Assembly (NCBI GenBank): GCA_965202985.1 | Contig: CBDBCF010000001.1 | Location: 1,472,001-1,536,000 of the forward strand | Source: Longimicrobiales bacterium | GTDB lineage: Bacteria > Gemmatimonadota > Gemmatimonadetes > Longimicrobiales > Gaopeijiaceae | DNA length: 64,000 nucleotides | Direction of reading: 5' to 3' | Shown: positions 20,242 to 30,309 of the stretch, one piece after another | Layout: each line of letters begins with the position of its first letter | Position numbering within the stretch: position 1 is the stretch's first letter | Position numbers and translations under genes: made by a program | Notes under the pieces: model-generated | Database searches by the model: none | What the model was told of the DNA's origin: nothing | What the model saw: only the letters and a program-made list of their open reading frames with translations

Positions 20242-21623
20242 TCCGCGGCGCGCCTGTAGCTCTCGTCCAGCAGCTCGACGGGGTGAAAGACGGGCAGGGG
20301 CTTGCCCGCCAGCCGCAGGCCAGCCCCGATCTGCATCATGCAACCCGGGTTGGCCGTCACCACGGCGGCGGCGCCCGTTGCCAGCACGGCCTGGACCTTG
20401 TCTGCCGCGATCCGGCTCCCGAGTTCGCGCTGGGACAGACCGTAGATGCCGGCGCCGCCGCAACATTCGGCGGCGTTGTCCAAGGGCACGAGATCGAGTT
20501 CGGGCACGGCCGCCAACATCGCCTCGGCGGCGCCCTCCACGCCTTGCGCGTGAAGGAGGTGGCACGGCGCATCGCAGGTGGCCACCAGAGGAACCGGTCC
20601 GCCGGGCGCGGGGCCTCCTCGGCGGGCGAGAAGCTGGGACACGTCCATGGTTCGGGCGGCCACGTCGGCCGCTCGCTCCGCGAACGCCGGGTCGCCGGCC
20701 AAGAGGGACCCGTAGGACGCGACCGCGGCGCCGCAGCCGGAGGCGTTCATCGCCAGGTGGTCCACGCCGGCGGCCTCGACCGCGGCCACATTTCGGCGTG
20801 CGAGGGCGCGAGCGGCGCCCAGGTCGCCGGCGTGGGCGTGCAGGGCGCCGCAGCACCCTTGGCCGGGCATGGGCAGCACGCGGTAGCCGTTGGCCTCCAG
20901 CACGCGAGCGGTGGCGTGGTTGACGCGGGAGAACAGGCCGGCTTGAACGCAACCCGCGAGGACGCCAACGGTGCCGGGAGGCGCGATAGGGGGATCGGGG
21001 GCGGGGGGGTGGCGGGACGGGGGCCGGGCAGGCTTGGGGTCGTGGGGCGCAGGAGGGTGTTGGAGCGGGGCAGGCTTAGGCGAGCCCGGGGCGACCCCGG
21101 ACGAAGTCGGCGGGCGGGCGGGCGCTGATGCGGCCAGCATGGCCATGCCCAAGCGCAGGGGTCCGGGTACGGCGGCGGGCGGGCCCAGCCGAGCAACGAG
21201 CGCGGGAAGCCCAACCGCCCGCAGGAGCCGAGCGGCCAGCATGGCCGGGCGCGTCAACCACGACTTGCCGAAGGCGGTCAGGAGAAGGCGGGCCAAGAGC
21301 GGGGGCCGCCGGGCCTCTGCCGCCGAGTGGCGTGCAAGTTCCAGAAGGTGCCCGTAGGCGACCCCCGACGGGCAGACGGGTTCGCAGGCGCGACACCCGA
21401 GGCATCGCGAGATGTGCGTCTGGAAGGCGTCCGAATCGGCAGTCAGGCGCCCCTCCACGACCGCCTGCATCAGGTAGAGGCGTCCCCGGGGGGAGTCGGC
21501 CTCGTCGCCAAGCCGGCGGTAGGTCGGACATGCCGGCAGGCAGAAGCCGCAGTGCACGCACGCCACGAGGCCCTGTTCTTGCTCTTTGACCGCTTGCGCC
21601 AAGGCCGCCGCCGAGTTGGTCAC
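20238..21623 (-). CDS. glcF: Glycolate oxidase iron-sulfur subunit
   Basis: CVHCGFCLPACPTY, CLGCRACEPVCPSGV, CCG domains, ANPGC. Confidence 0.9.
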   Translation of the reverse strand: MTNSAAALAQAVKEQEQGLVACVHCGFCLPACPTYRRLGDEADSPRGRLYLMQAVVEGRLTADSDAFQTHISRCLGCRACEPVCPSGVAYGHLLELARHSAAEARRPPLLARLLLTAFGKSWLTRPAMLAARLLRAVGLPALVARLGPPAAVPGPLRLGMAMLAASAPARPPTSSGVAPGSPKPAPLQHPPAPHDPKPARPPSRHPPAPDPPIAPPGTVGVLAGCVQAGLFSRVNHATARVLEANGYRVLPMPGQGCCGALHAHAGDLGAARALARRNVAAVEAAGVDHLAMNASGCGAAVASYGSLLAGDPAFAERAADVAARTMDVSQLLARRGGPAPGGPVPLVATCDAPCHLLHAQGVEGAAEAMLAAVPELDLVPLDNAAECCGGAGIYGLSQRELGSRIAADKVQAVLATGAAAVVTANPGCMMQIGAGLRLAGKPLPVFHPVELLDESYRRAAE

Positions 21624-24358
21624 GGGCAGCGGTGGGAGAACGCCGAGTTCGGATCGAAGACCGCCTTCAAGCGGCGATTCAGCAAAGCCGGGACCGGGTC
21701 TGTCTTGGACGAGTCCAGGCGCACAGCCAGGGCAGGCAGTGCTTGGCTGACGGACAGGGAGCCGCCCCGGGCGCGCAGCTCGGCGCAAGCCTCGCCGACC
21801 GCGCCCGCCAGTTGGTCGATCTCTTCGGTTCGCGGCGAACCCTTGACTCGCACCACTCCCCCGGCGGCGTCCGCGCAGAGTTCGCCGTCGTCCAGGAGCG
21901 CCGCCAGTCGCACGGCACGGTTCAAGGTCCGGGCCAGCAACGAAGGCAGGACCGTCATGCGAACCACGAGCGGCGCCGCGTCTTCCCATCGGGTCCGGTC
22001 CTCGTGAAATGCGTCGCTGCAGGCGCCCAAGAGCACCTTCGCGGGTTCGGCACCGACCTGGGCCACGACCCTCTCGTGCAGATTGCCCACCTCCTCTCGG
22101 CCGCCCACGATGCGCACGGCCGCCGCCGGCCTCCCCTCGTCGTCCTGCACCACCTCCACCGCCGCCACTGCCAACGAACTCGTGCACACGGACCGGCTGG
22201 CCTCAACGGCCCGGGCGACGGTCGCACACTGGAACAGCAGGGTTGCGACGGCCTCTGGGCACGGGAACAACCGGATCGACACCTCGGTCACGACCCCCAA
22301 GCTGCCTCGGCTTCCAGCAAGTAACCTCACCAAGTCGAACCCGGCCACGTTCTTGACGACGCGGCCGCCGAAGCGCAGGAGGCGGCCGTCTCCCGCCACG
22401 ACCACCACGCCCAGCACGTTGTCGCGAACGGCGCCGAAGCATCCGCGCAGAGGCCCGGACACGCCCGCGGCCACCAAGCCCCCCAGCGTGCCCTCTCGGC
22501 TTCCCGGCGCGTCCACGGGCAACCATTGACCGTTCGCGGCAACCGTCGCGGCCAGTGCATCCCAGCCCAGCCCAGCCTCCGCCGTCATGGTCAGCTCGGC
22601 TGGGTCGTAGTGCCGAACCCGGTCCATGCGCTGCGTGGAAACCACCACGTCGGCCCGGCGTCCCCAGCCCTCGGCCCACAGCCAACCGCCGCACCCGGCC
22701 GGCGCCACGGAAACGCCCGCTTGGTTCGCCTCCCGCACGGCCGCCCGGAGTTCGTCCACCGACTCGGGAAAGACGACCGTCCGCGCCGGAAAGCCCCCGC
22801 ACCACTCCCGGGCCTCGTCGTCCTTCAAGACCCGCTGCGCGGGGAACAGCTCCAGCACCGCCGACGGCAGCCCCACCGACGAGCGAGCGCGGCTGCGGGA
22901 AGCAGGCGGTTCGGCCGCGGCCGCATCCTCCGGCGCCGTCTCGTCGGGCAGCACCTTGCCGGGGTTCATGCGGCCGTCGGGATCGAACGCACGCCGCGCA
23001 CCCCACATGACCTCGAATTCGCCCGGACCGCAGACCAGGGGCATGTGGTGCTTCTTGTCCAGACCCACGCCGTGCTCGCCGGTGATCGTTCCGCCCGCGT
23101 CGATGCACAGACGCATGATCTCCTTCGACGCCTTCTCGACCTTGGCCAGCTGGTCGGGGTCCCGCCGGTCGAAGAGGATGTTCGGATGCAGGTTGCCGTC
23201 GCCGGCGTGGAAAACGTTGGCCACCACCAAGCCGTACCGCTCCGCCGTTTCCGAGATGCCCTTCAGGACCTCGGGCAGCTTAGTCCGAGGCACGGTGGAG
23301 TCTTGCACCAGCAGGTCGGGTGCGATTCGCCCCATGGCGCCGAACGCCTTCTTGCGGCCCTTCCACAAGGCGACGCGATCCGCTTCGCTCCGGGCGCTTC
23401 TCGTCTCCCGCGCCCCGGCCCGGCGGCAGAGCTCCACTGTCCGCTCCGCCTGTCGGTCCAACCCTGCCTCCGTTCCGTCGAACTCCACGACCAACGCGGC
23501 CTCGGCGTCCACGGGATACCCGGCGGCGTACACGCTGTCCTCGACGGCGCGGATCGTCTGACCGTCGATGATCTCCATGGCGACGGGCAGCAACCCCGCG
23601 CCGACGATGTCGGAAACCGCTTGGCCGGCGTCCTCGATCCGATCGAAGACGGCCAGCAAGGTTCGCACCCCTTCGGCAAACGGCAGGAGCGCGACCTCGA
23701 TCTCCACGGCAACGCCGAAGCAACCCTCCGACCCTACGAAGAGGCCCGTCAGGTCGTACCCCTGCGGCTTTCGCCCGCGTCCACCCAGCAGCGTCGTCGA
23801 GCCGTCCGGCAACACCACCTTCAGGCCCGTGATCCACCGCGAAGTGACGCCGTGCTTGAGGCAGTGGGGCCCGCCCGAGTTCTCGGCCACGTTGCCGCCA
23901 ATTGTGCACGCCGTCTGCGACGACGGGTCGGGCGTGTAGCGAAGGCCGTGGGGCGCGACGGCAACCGACAGGTCGGCGTTGATCACTCCGGGCTGGAGGA
24001 CGGCGCGACGGTTCTCGGGATCGATCTTCAGGATGCGGTTCATCCGGGCCGTCCCCAGGATTACGGCGCGGTTCAGCGCCAGCGCGCCGCCCGACAGGCC
24101 GGTCCCCGCGCCTCGGGGGACCAGCGGCAGGCCATGGTCGGCCACCGCCCTGACGACTCCCTGCACCTCCTCGGTCGTGCGCGGAAGCGCCACCGCGCCG
24201 GGGCGGTGTCGGTATGCGGTCAGTCCGTCGGATTCGTAGGCGAGGAGCCGGTCCTCTTCCAGCACGACGCCCTCCGGGCCGCAGATCTGGGCCAGGACGG
24301 CTGCCAGGGAAGCCGGGATCGCCATGCGGGCGGGGGGCTCCCGGAGACGAGGTGTCAT
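21620..24358 (-). CDS. Fused GlcD-GlcE FAD-linked oxidase
   Basis: N-half: PDPSS..CTIGGNVAENSGG, HAGDGNLHP, GEHGVG; C-half: GTLGG, GGRVVKNVAGFDL, LKAVFDP. Confidence 0.88.
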   Translation of the reverse strand: MTPRLREPPARMAIPASLAAVLAQICGPEGVVLEEDRLLAYESDGLTAYRHRPGAVALPRTTEEVQGVVRAVADHGLPLVPRGAGTGLSGGALALNRAVILGTARMNRILKIDPENRRAVLQPGVINADLSVAVAPHGLRYTPDPSSQTACTIGGNVAENSGGPHCLKHGVTSRWITGLKVVLPDGSTTLLGGRGRKPQGYDLTGLFVGSEGCFGVAVEIEVALLPFAEGVRTLLAVFDRIEDAGQAVSDIVGAGLLPVAMEIIDGQTIRAVEDSVYAAGYPVDAEAALVVEFDGTEAGLDRQAERTVELCRRAGARETRSARSEADRVALWKGRKKAFGAMGRIAPDLLVQDSTVPRTKLPEVLKGISETAERYGLVVANVFHAGDGNLHPNILFDRRDPDQLAKVEKASKEIMRLCIDAGGTITGEHGVGLDKKHHMPLVCGPGEFEVMWGARRAFDPDGRMNPGKVLPDETAPEDAAAAEPPASRSRARSSVGLPSAVLELFPAQRVLKDDEAREWCGGFPARTVVFPESVDELRAAVREANQAGVSVAPAGCGGWLWAEGWGRRADVVVSTQRMDRVRHYDPAELTMTAEAGLGWDALAATVAANGQWLPVDAPGSREGTLGGLVAAGVSGPLRGCFGAVRDNVLGVVVVAGDGRLLRFGGRVVKNVAGFDLVRLLAGSRGSLGVVTEVSIRLFPCPEAVATLLFQCATVARAVEASRSVCTSSLAVAAVEVVQDDEGRPAAAVRIVGGREEVGNLHERVVAQVGAEPAKVLLGACSDAFHEDRTRWEDAAPLVVRMTVLPSLLARTLNRAVRLAALLDDGELCADAAGGVVRVKGSPRTEEIDQLAGAVGEACAELRARGGSLSVSQALPALAVRLDSSKTDPVPALLNRRLKAVFDPNSAFSHRCP

Positions 24359-24367
24359 GGGGTCAAG

Positions 24368-25084
24368 CTATTCCGTAGCGGAAAGGTAGTCCAGAATCCC
24401 TTCGACTCCCTTGGCGGCCATGTCGAACACGTCCGGAGGCAATGGTCCGTAGACGCGGGACGCCACGCTGCGGGGGTCGCGCGGGGCACCGGCGGCCAGC
24501 GCTCGGCGCACCTGCTCGATCCGGTTCAGCCGGTGTTCGCGGAAGCGGCCGACGGCCCCTTTCGGGTCGAGGACGGGGTCTCCGTGTCCGGGGTGGAAGA
24601 CGCCGGCGCCCAGCGCTTCCAATCGGTCCAGCGACGCCAAGTAGTCCGCGACGCCTCCGCGGTACTCGCCCACCCACGTGGTGTCTCCCCGGCCCAGGAT
24701 CATGTCGCCCGTGAACACGGCCTGCTGGTTCGGCAGGTGGAAGCAGAAGTGGCGGCGGGCGTGGCCGGGGGTGCTCACGGCCAGCAAGGAGCCCGCGCTG
24801 GTCGGGAAGACTTGGCCGTCGTGCACGGCATCGAGGTCGGCCAGCCGGGCGCCGGTTCGGCGCGCCAGGGCAGGGGCGCCGGCCGCGTGGTCCGCGTGGG
24901 CGTGCGTGACCAGAATCAGCACCGTGTCCGCATCTGCAACGGCTTCGGCCAGGGCGGACAGATGGTTGTCGTCGGAAGGACCGGGGTCGATCACCGCCGC
25001 GGGGCCGCGCCCGCCGCCGACCACGTAGCTCCGGGTGCCGTCGAAGGTGAACGGGCCGGGGTTGGGCGCCAGGAAGCGCCTCAC
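24368..25084 (-). CDS. MBL-fold metallo-hydrolase
   Basis: APNPGPFT..GT, THAHADH, TPGH, PGHG. Confidence 0.9.
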   Translation of the reverse strand: MRRFLAPNPGPFTFDGTRSYVVGGGRGPAAVIDPGPSDDNHLSALAEAVADADTVLILVTHAHADHAAGAPALARRTGARLADLDAVHDGQVFPTSAGSLLAVSTPGHARRHFCFHLPNQQAVFTGDMILGRGDTTWVGEYRGGVADYLASLDRLEALGAGVFHPGHGDPVLDPKGAVGRFREHRLNRIEQVRRALAAGAPRDPRSVASRVYGPLPPDVFDMAAKGVEGILDYLSATE

Positions 25085-25119
25085 GCTGGTTCTCGGGGGC
25101 CGCACCGGGCCGCCCGACG

Positions 25120-25590
25120 TCAGCGGCGTTCGTGTGCGATCTGTTCCGCCAGCTTGTCGGCGATCATCTGGACCGCCGCTTCGTCCTGGTCGTCGAAGGC
25201 CGCCGGCTGGTTCGAGTCGATGTCGATCTGGCCGAAGATCTGATTGCCTGCGCGCACCAGGACCACCAGTTCGGACTTCACGTCGTCGTTGCACGACAGA
25301 TAGCCGTCGAACGCCGACACGTCGGGAATGTTCTGGTTGGCGCCTTGGGCCACGGCGGTGCCGCACACGCCGACTCCGACGGGGATCTTGGCGTGCTCGG
25401 TTCGGGGACCCAAGTAGTTGTGGAGCCAGAGTTCGTCGCCTTCCTCGGTCAAGAGGTAGACGCCGACCCAGTCGTACCGGTCGTCGGCCTTGTGCAAGCT
25501 CCTGACGGCGAAGCGCAGGAGGGCGTCGGAGAGGTGGCCCTCTTCTCTCATTTCCTGGATTTCGTTGATCAGGACACGGGCGTCTATCAT
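25120..25590 (-). CDS. GAF domain protein (free Met-R-sulfoxide reductase-like)
   Basis: YDWVGVY, IPVGVGVCG, YLSC, SELVV, IDIDS..PAAF. Confidence 0.88.
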   Translation of the reverse strand: MIDARVLINEIQEMREEGHLSDALLRFAVRSLHKADDRYDWVGVYLLTEEGDELWLHNYLGPRTEHAKIPVGVGVCGTAVAQGANQNIPDVSAFDGYLSCNDDVKSELVVLVRAGNQIFGQIDIDSNQPAAFDDQDEAAVQMIADKLAEQIAHERR

Positions 25591-25740
25591 GGGATGCGGC
25601 ATCTCTTGTTGCGGAAGGCCGTCGAGGGCTTGGGAACGGGGCGAATCTATGCGATTCCCCGTTGGCCCGCCAAGTGCCGGGCGGTTGCCCGAGCAGAGAC
25701 ATCGCGACGCGGCTTGGGCGTCCGGCGCGGCGTCACGGCG

Positions 25741-26877
25741 TCAGTTTCGGGTGAAGCGGGTTTCGGCGTCCAGAAGGCGGACGAAGGCGGCCAGCAGGCG
25801 GGCCGCGTGGAACAGGTCGGCAGCGGCCACCGTCTCGCTGGGCGAATGCATGTATCGATTCGGCACCGACACCAGCCCGGTGGGCACGCCGCCCCGCGCC
25901 AAGTGGATGGCGTCGGCGTCGGTGCTGGTGCGCAGCGGCGCGGCTTGGATCGTGTAGGGGATCCCCTCGGCTTCGGCCGCCTGCGCCAGCATCTCGAAGA
26001 CTTGCGGGTGCGTGGACGAGCCACGGGTCAGCACGGGCCCTCCTCCGAGCGCGTGGTCGCCGACCTCGGCCTTCTCCACGCCGGGCACGTCGGTTGCGTG
26101 GGTCACATCCACGACCAGCGCCACATCGGGGGCCAACCCGAAGGCGCTGGTCCGAGCGCCGCCGCCCGAGTAGCCGATCTCCTCCTGGGCCGTCGCGACC
26201 GCCACCGCCCCCGCAACGCAACCCTTGTCGGCCTCGGCCCCGTCCCCGGCCAGCAGACGAAGGGCTTCCAGCACGACGAAGGCCCCGACCCGGTTGTCGA
26301 TGGCGCGGCTTGCGATCCGGTCCCCCGCCAGCCGCACCATGCCCGCGCCCAGCACCGCCGGGTCGCCCACGCGCACGCCCATCTCCGCCAGCTCTTCGCG
26401 GGAAGACGCGCCCACGTCGATCCAGAGCTTGGGCACCTTGGCCGCCTTCTTGCGCTCCTCGGCGTCGATGAGGTGGACGGCCTTGCGGCCCACCACGCCG
26501 GGCACGTCGCCGTCCTTCGCCAGAATCCGCACGCGCTGGCCCACCAGCACCTGGGGATCCCAGCCGCCGATCGTCCCGAAGCGAAGCAGCCCTTCCTCGG
26601 TGGCGTGAGTGACTTGAAGGCCGATCTCGTCGATGTGGCCGGCCAGCAGGGCCAGCGGCCGCGCGTCTTCTTGCCAGGCTGCGTAGCTGTTGCCCACGAC
26701 GTCGGCGCGCACCTCGGCAAAGCCGGAGGCTTCTCGGCGCCACTCCCGGGCCGGGCGCGACTCGAAGCCCGACGGACCGGGAGCGTCCAGCAGGCGCTCC
26801 AGAAACGAAAGGTCCGGGGCGGGGGCGGAGTTCCGGGGCGGGGGTGGCGCTTCGTCGCTGGACCGTTCCCTCGTCAT
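25741..26877 (-). CDS. M42 family metallopeptidase
   Basis: PGPSGFE, GHIDEIG, IGGWD, DNRVG, QEEIG, VDVTHA, RYMHSP. Confidence 0.93.
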   Translation of the reverse strand: MTRERSSDEAPPPPRNSAPAPDLSFLERLLDAPGPSGFESRPAREWRREASGFAEVRADVVGNSYAAWQEDARPLALLAGHIDEIGLQVTHATEEGLLRFGTIGGWDPQVLVGQRVRILAKDGDVPGVVGRKAVHLIDAEERKKAAKVPKLWIDVGASSREELAEMGVRVGDPAVLGAGMVRLAGDRIASRAIDNRVGAFVVLEALRLLAGDGAEADKGCVAGAVAVATAQEEIGYSGGGARTSAFGLAPDVALVVDVTHATDVPGVEKAEVGDHALGGGPVLTRGSSTHPQVFEMLAQAAEAEGIPYTIQAAPLRTSTDADAIHLARGGVPTGLVSVPNRYMHSPSETVAAADLFHAARLLAAFVRLLDAETRFTRN

Positions 26878-27410
26878 CGCTTTGTTCCCGGTTTGGGCGG
26901 GTGGGTGCCCAGCTCTTGGCGGGTTTCGTTGGCGCGACGGACCTCGGCATCGCGACTCGTTTCGGAGCCGGCGCTTCGGCTTTGGGCGGCGAACCCGTCG
27001 CCCCGGAACCCGTCGCCCCCGAACACGCGGAACTCGACGGCGCCTTCGCGGACGCGTCGCTCGACCAAGCGCCGGAAGCGGGCCTGAATCCAGCGGCGGG
27101 ACCGGGGGACAATGAGGCCGAAGCCGACCGCGTCGGTGAGGATCCCCGGCGTAAGGAGCAGAGCGCCCCCTGCCAAGATCGAGACGCCGTCCAAGAGGGC
27201 GCCGCCGGGCAGTCGTCCCGCAGCCAGCTCTCGTTGCACGGCCATGTACGCGCGAAGCCCCTGCTGTCGAGCCAGTGCGGCGCCGGCCAGCCCGGTCGCC
27301 ACCACCATGGCCACCGTCGGCCCTGCGCCGATCCATTGCCCCACTTGAAGGAGCAGCGCGAGTTCCAGCAGAGGAACGGTCACGAAGATCAGGATCAGAC
27401 GGCTCAGCAC
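26874..27410 (-). CDS. fxsA: FxsA family membrane protein
   Basis: VPLLELALL..G, ARQQG, GGALLLTPGILTD. Confidence 0.9.
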   Translation of the reverse strand: MLSRLILIFVTVPLLELALLLQVGQWIGAGPTVAMVVATGLAGAALARQQGLRAYMAVQRELAAGRLPGGALLDGVSILAGGALLLTPGILTDAVGFGLIVPRSRRWIQARFRRLVERRVREGAVEFRVFGGDGFRGDGFAAQSRSAGSETSRDAEVRRANETRQELGTHPPKPGTKR

Positions 27411-27508
27411 GGCGAAGCCTCCCGGCAGGTCTGGGACACGCGACGAGCAACTAACGTATATCTTTCCGCCAGCGGCAGGTTCCCCAAGCTCTTCAAAGGA
27501 GACGCCCG

Positions 27509-28819
27509 ATGACGACCCCCAGGAGGCTCGCCGCGATCTCGCCCGGCCGGGTTTCGACCGCCGGAGGCGCTCCGTCCGATCCCGGACGCCCGTCGTCCGC
27601 TCGGTCCGCCAAGCAGACGTACTTCCGAAAGGGCTTCGGCCTCAAGAAGACGATTCGGCCACTCGTCGATTCCGAGTACCAGTCCGCGTTGGTCGAGCGC
27701 ATCCGATCCCGGGGCTACGAGGACCGCTTCGGCGACGTGCGCGTCCGGCTGGCCAAGGAGTTCGGCTTCTGCTACGGCGTGGACCGGGCCGTGGACTACG
27801 CCTACGAGACTCGTCACAAGTTCCCCGACAAGCGCATCTACCTGGTCGGCGAGATCATTCACAACCCCCACGTGAACCAGCGGCTTCGCGAGATGGGGAT
27901 CGAGTTCATCTACCCCGACCCCGGAAAGGGGTTCGACTTCGGGCATGTGACCGCGGAAGACGTGGTGATCATTCCGGCGTTCGGCGTCACCTTGAGGGAC
28001 ATGGAGGCGTTGCGGACGATCGGCTGCGTGCTCGTGGACACGACGTGCGGGTCCGTGCTGCTGGTGTGGAAGCGGGTGGAGAGCTACGCCCGAGACGGCT
28101 TCACGGCGGTGATCCACGGCAAGCACCAGCACGAGGAATCGAGGGCCACGGCCAGCCAGGTGGACCGTCACGAAGGGGGCAAGTATCTGGTTCTGCGTAA
28201 CATGGAAGAGGCCGAAGCGGTGGGCGCCTACATGACGCGAGCGCCGGGCCGGCTGGGGCGCCGGCAGTTCTTGCGCCTCTTCGAGAATCGCACGTCGCCC
28301 GGCTTCGACCCGGACCGGGACCTGCAGAGGATCGGCGTGGCCAACCAGACGACCATGCTGGCCAGCGAGTCGATGGCGATCGGCGCGCGTCTGCGCGAGA
28401 TGATGGCGGAGGCCAAGGGCGAGGACCACGCCGCCGAGCACTTCCGTTCGTTCGGCACAATCTGCTCGGCCACGCAGGAGCGCCAGGACGCGGTCATGGA
28501 GATGATGCGGAACCCGCCCGACGTCATGATCGTCCTGGGCGGCTACAACTCGTCGAACACGAACCACTTGGCCCACCTTTGCCGGCAGTACGCTCCGACC
28601 TTCCACGTCGAGGACGCCGCGTGCATAGACGTGGACGACGGCACGGTTCGGCACAAGCCCGTCCTGGACGCCGACGCGGCGGAGGTGCGGCAGCGGGACT
28701 GGCTGCCCGCAGCACCGTTCGAGCTGGGGATCACGGCCGGCGCATCCACGCCCAACAACAAGATCGGCGAGGCCGTGCTCCGGATTTTGGAGATTCGAGG
28801 GATCGAAGCGGAGCTGTAA
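27509..28819 (+). CDS. ispH: 4-hydroxy-3-methylbut-2-enyl diphosphate reductase
   Basis: FGFCYGVDRA, IIHNPHV, DTTC, TICSATQERQ, SSNT, TAGASTP. Confidence 0.95.
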   Translation: MTTPRRLAAISPGRVSTAGGAPSDPGRPSSARSAKQTYFRKGFGLKKTIRPLVDSEYQSALVERIRSRGYEDRFGDVRVRLAKEFGFCYGVDRAVDYAYETRHKFPDKRIYLVGEIIHNPHVNQRLREMGIEFIYPDPGKGFDFGHVTAEDVVIIPAFGVTLRDMEALRTIGCVLVDTTCGSVLLVWKRVESYARDGFTAVIHGKHQHEESRATASQVDRHEGGKYLVLRNMEEAEAVGAYMTRAPGRLGRRQFLRLFENRTSPGFDPDRDLQRIGVANQTTMLASESMAIGARLREMMAEAKGEDHAAEHFRSFGTICSATQERQDAVMEMMRNPPDVMIVLGGYNSSNTNHLAHLCRQYAPTFHVEDAACIDVDDGTVRHKPVLDADAAEVRQRDWLPAAPFELGITAGASTPNNKIGEAVLRILEIRGIEAEL

Positions 28820-28847
28820 GTCTCGGCCGCTCGGCCGTCGGTTCCGT

Positions 28848-30272
28848 TTAGATGTGGAGCGCCCGACCGAGGGCGGCGAGCGCGCCTTCGGCCACGGCCT
28901 CCGACAGGGTCGGATGCGGGTGCATGGCGCGGTCGATCTCTTCCACGGTGGACTCCAGGTGCCGGGCTACGACGAACTCGCCGATCAGCTCGGTGGCGTG
29001 GGGGCCGACCACGTGCGCGCCCACGACCTCCGAGTAGCGCTTGTCGCGGACGACCTTGACGAAGCCTTCGGGCGTGCCGCCGGCCGCTAAGGCGCGACCG
29101 TTTCCCACCCAGGGGAACTGGCCGACTTCGATCTCCAGCCCCTTGTCCCGGGCCTGCTCCTCGGTGAGCCCGACCGACGCCACCTCCGGGTTGCAGTAGG
29201 TGCAGTTGGGCACGTTGCCGTAGTCCACCGTGTGCTCCCCGACCCCGGCGATGTGCTCGGCGGCCACCACGCCCTCGTGCATGCCTTTGTGGGCCAGCAG
29301 CGGCGGTCCGGCGCAGTCGCCCACGGCCCAGACGCCGGGCACGTTGGTCCGCATGGCCGAGTCCACGGCCACGAAGCCGCCCTCCGCCGTGGTCTCGACG
29401 CCCGCAGCTTCCAGTCCCAAGTCTTCCGTGTTGGGAACGCGCCCGACGGCCGACAAGACGTATTCCACGTCCAGCTTGCGGGCCTTGCCCTTGGCGTCGG
29501 CGAAGGCGATCGACACGCCGTCCGCCGTGGCGTTCGTCTCTTCCACGCGCGCACCGGCGAAGATCTCCACGCCCCGCTTCTTGAAGCTCCTCGCCACGGT
29601 CTTGGACGAGTCGGCGTCCTCCAGCGGCAGCACCCGGTCCAGCGCCTCGATGACGGTCACCTTGGCACCGTAGGCGTTGTAGATGTCGGCAAACTCCATG
29701 CCCACGGCGCCGGCGCCGACGACGGCCAGCGAGGCCGGGGCCTTCTCCTGAAAGAGCGCGCCCGTGGAGGACCAGATGCGCTCCTCGTCGATCTCCAGGA
29801 ACGGCAAGTTGCGCGGTCGGGACCCCGTGGCCACCACGATGTCGCCCGCGGACAGAACGCGCTTGCCGCCGTCCTTCTCCACCTCCACGGCCCCGCCGCC
29901 CAGCAGCCTGCCGTACCCGTCCACGTGAACGACGCCGTTCTTCTTGAACAGGAACGCGACCCCCTTGGACAGCCGCTCGGCCACGCTTCGGCTTCGGGTT
30001 TGGGCGGGTCCCAGGTCGGTCGAAAAGCCGTCCAGGACGATGCCGTGGCCGCCGGCGTGCGCCAGTTCGTTGATCAGGAGCGCGCTGCTGAGGAGCGCCT
30101 TCGTGGGAATGCAACCCACGTTCAAGCACACGCCGCCCAGCTTGTCGGCCTCGACGCAGGCCGCGCGCAGGCCCAGCTGGGCCGCCCGGATCGCGGCGAC
30201 GTAGCCGCCGGGGCCGCCGCCGACCACCACTACGTCGAAGGCGTTCTGCTCGTCCGTCGTGTCGTTGTTCAT
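28848..30272 (-). CDS. lpdA: Dihydrolipoyl dehydrogenase (E3)
   Basis: GGGPGGYVAAIRAAQLG, GGVCLNVGCIPTK, HPHPTLSE. Confidence 0.96.
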   Translation of the reverse strand: MNNDTTDEQNAFDVVVVGGGPGGYVAAIRAAQLGLRAACVEADKLGGVCLNVGCIPTKALLSSALLINELAHAGGHGIVLDGFSTDLGPAQTRSRSVAERLSKGVAFLFKKNGVVHVDGYGRLLGGGAVEVEKDGGKRVLSAGDIVVATGSRPRNLPFLEIDEERIWSSTGALFQEKAPASLAVVGAGAVGMEFADIYNAYGAKVTVIEALDRVLPLEDADSSKTVARSFKKRGVEIFAGARVEETNATADGVSIAFADAKGKARKLDVEYVLSAVGRVPNTEDLGLEAAGVETTAEGGFVAVDSAMRTNVPGVWAVGDCAGPPLLAHKGMHEGVVAAEHIAGVGEHTVDYGNVPNCTYCNPEVASVGLTEEQARDKGLEIEVGQFPWVGNGRALAAGGTPEGFVKVVRDKRYSEVVGAHVVGPHATELIGEFVVARHLESTVEEIDRAMHPHPTLSEAVAEGALAALGRALHI

Positions 30273-30309
30273 GTTCGTTGCTCGCGTCGGTCCGTTGCTC
30301 GGGTTCGGT

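Noticed and set aside
25603..25740. Hairpin AACGGGG..GAATC/GATTC..CCCCGTT upstream of the GAF gene
   Set aside because: No recognisable riboswitch motif; such stems are expected by chance at this GC content.
26991..27023. 15-bp tandem repeat in fxsA, and other short in-frame repeats
   Set aside because: Low-complexity linker slippage; no CRISPR-like repeat-spacer structure seen anywhere in the window.
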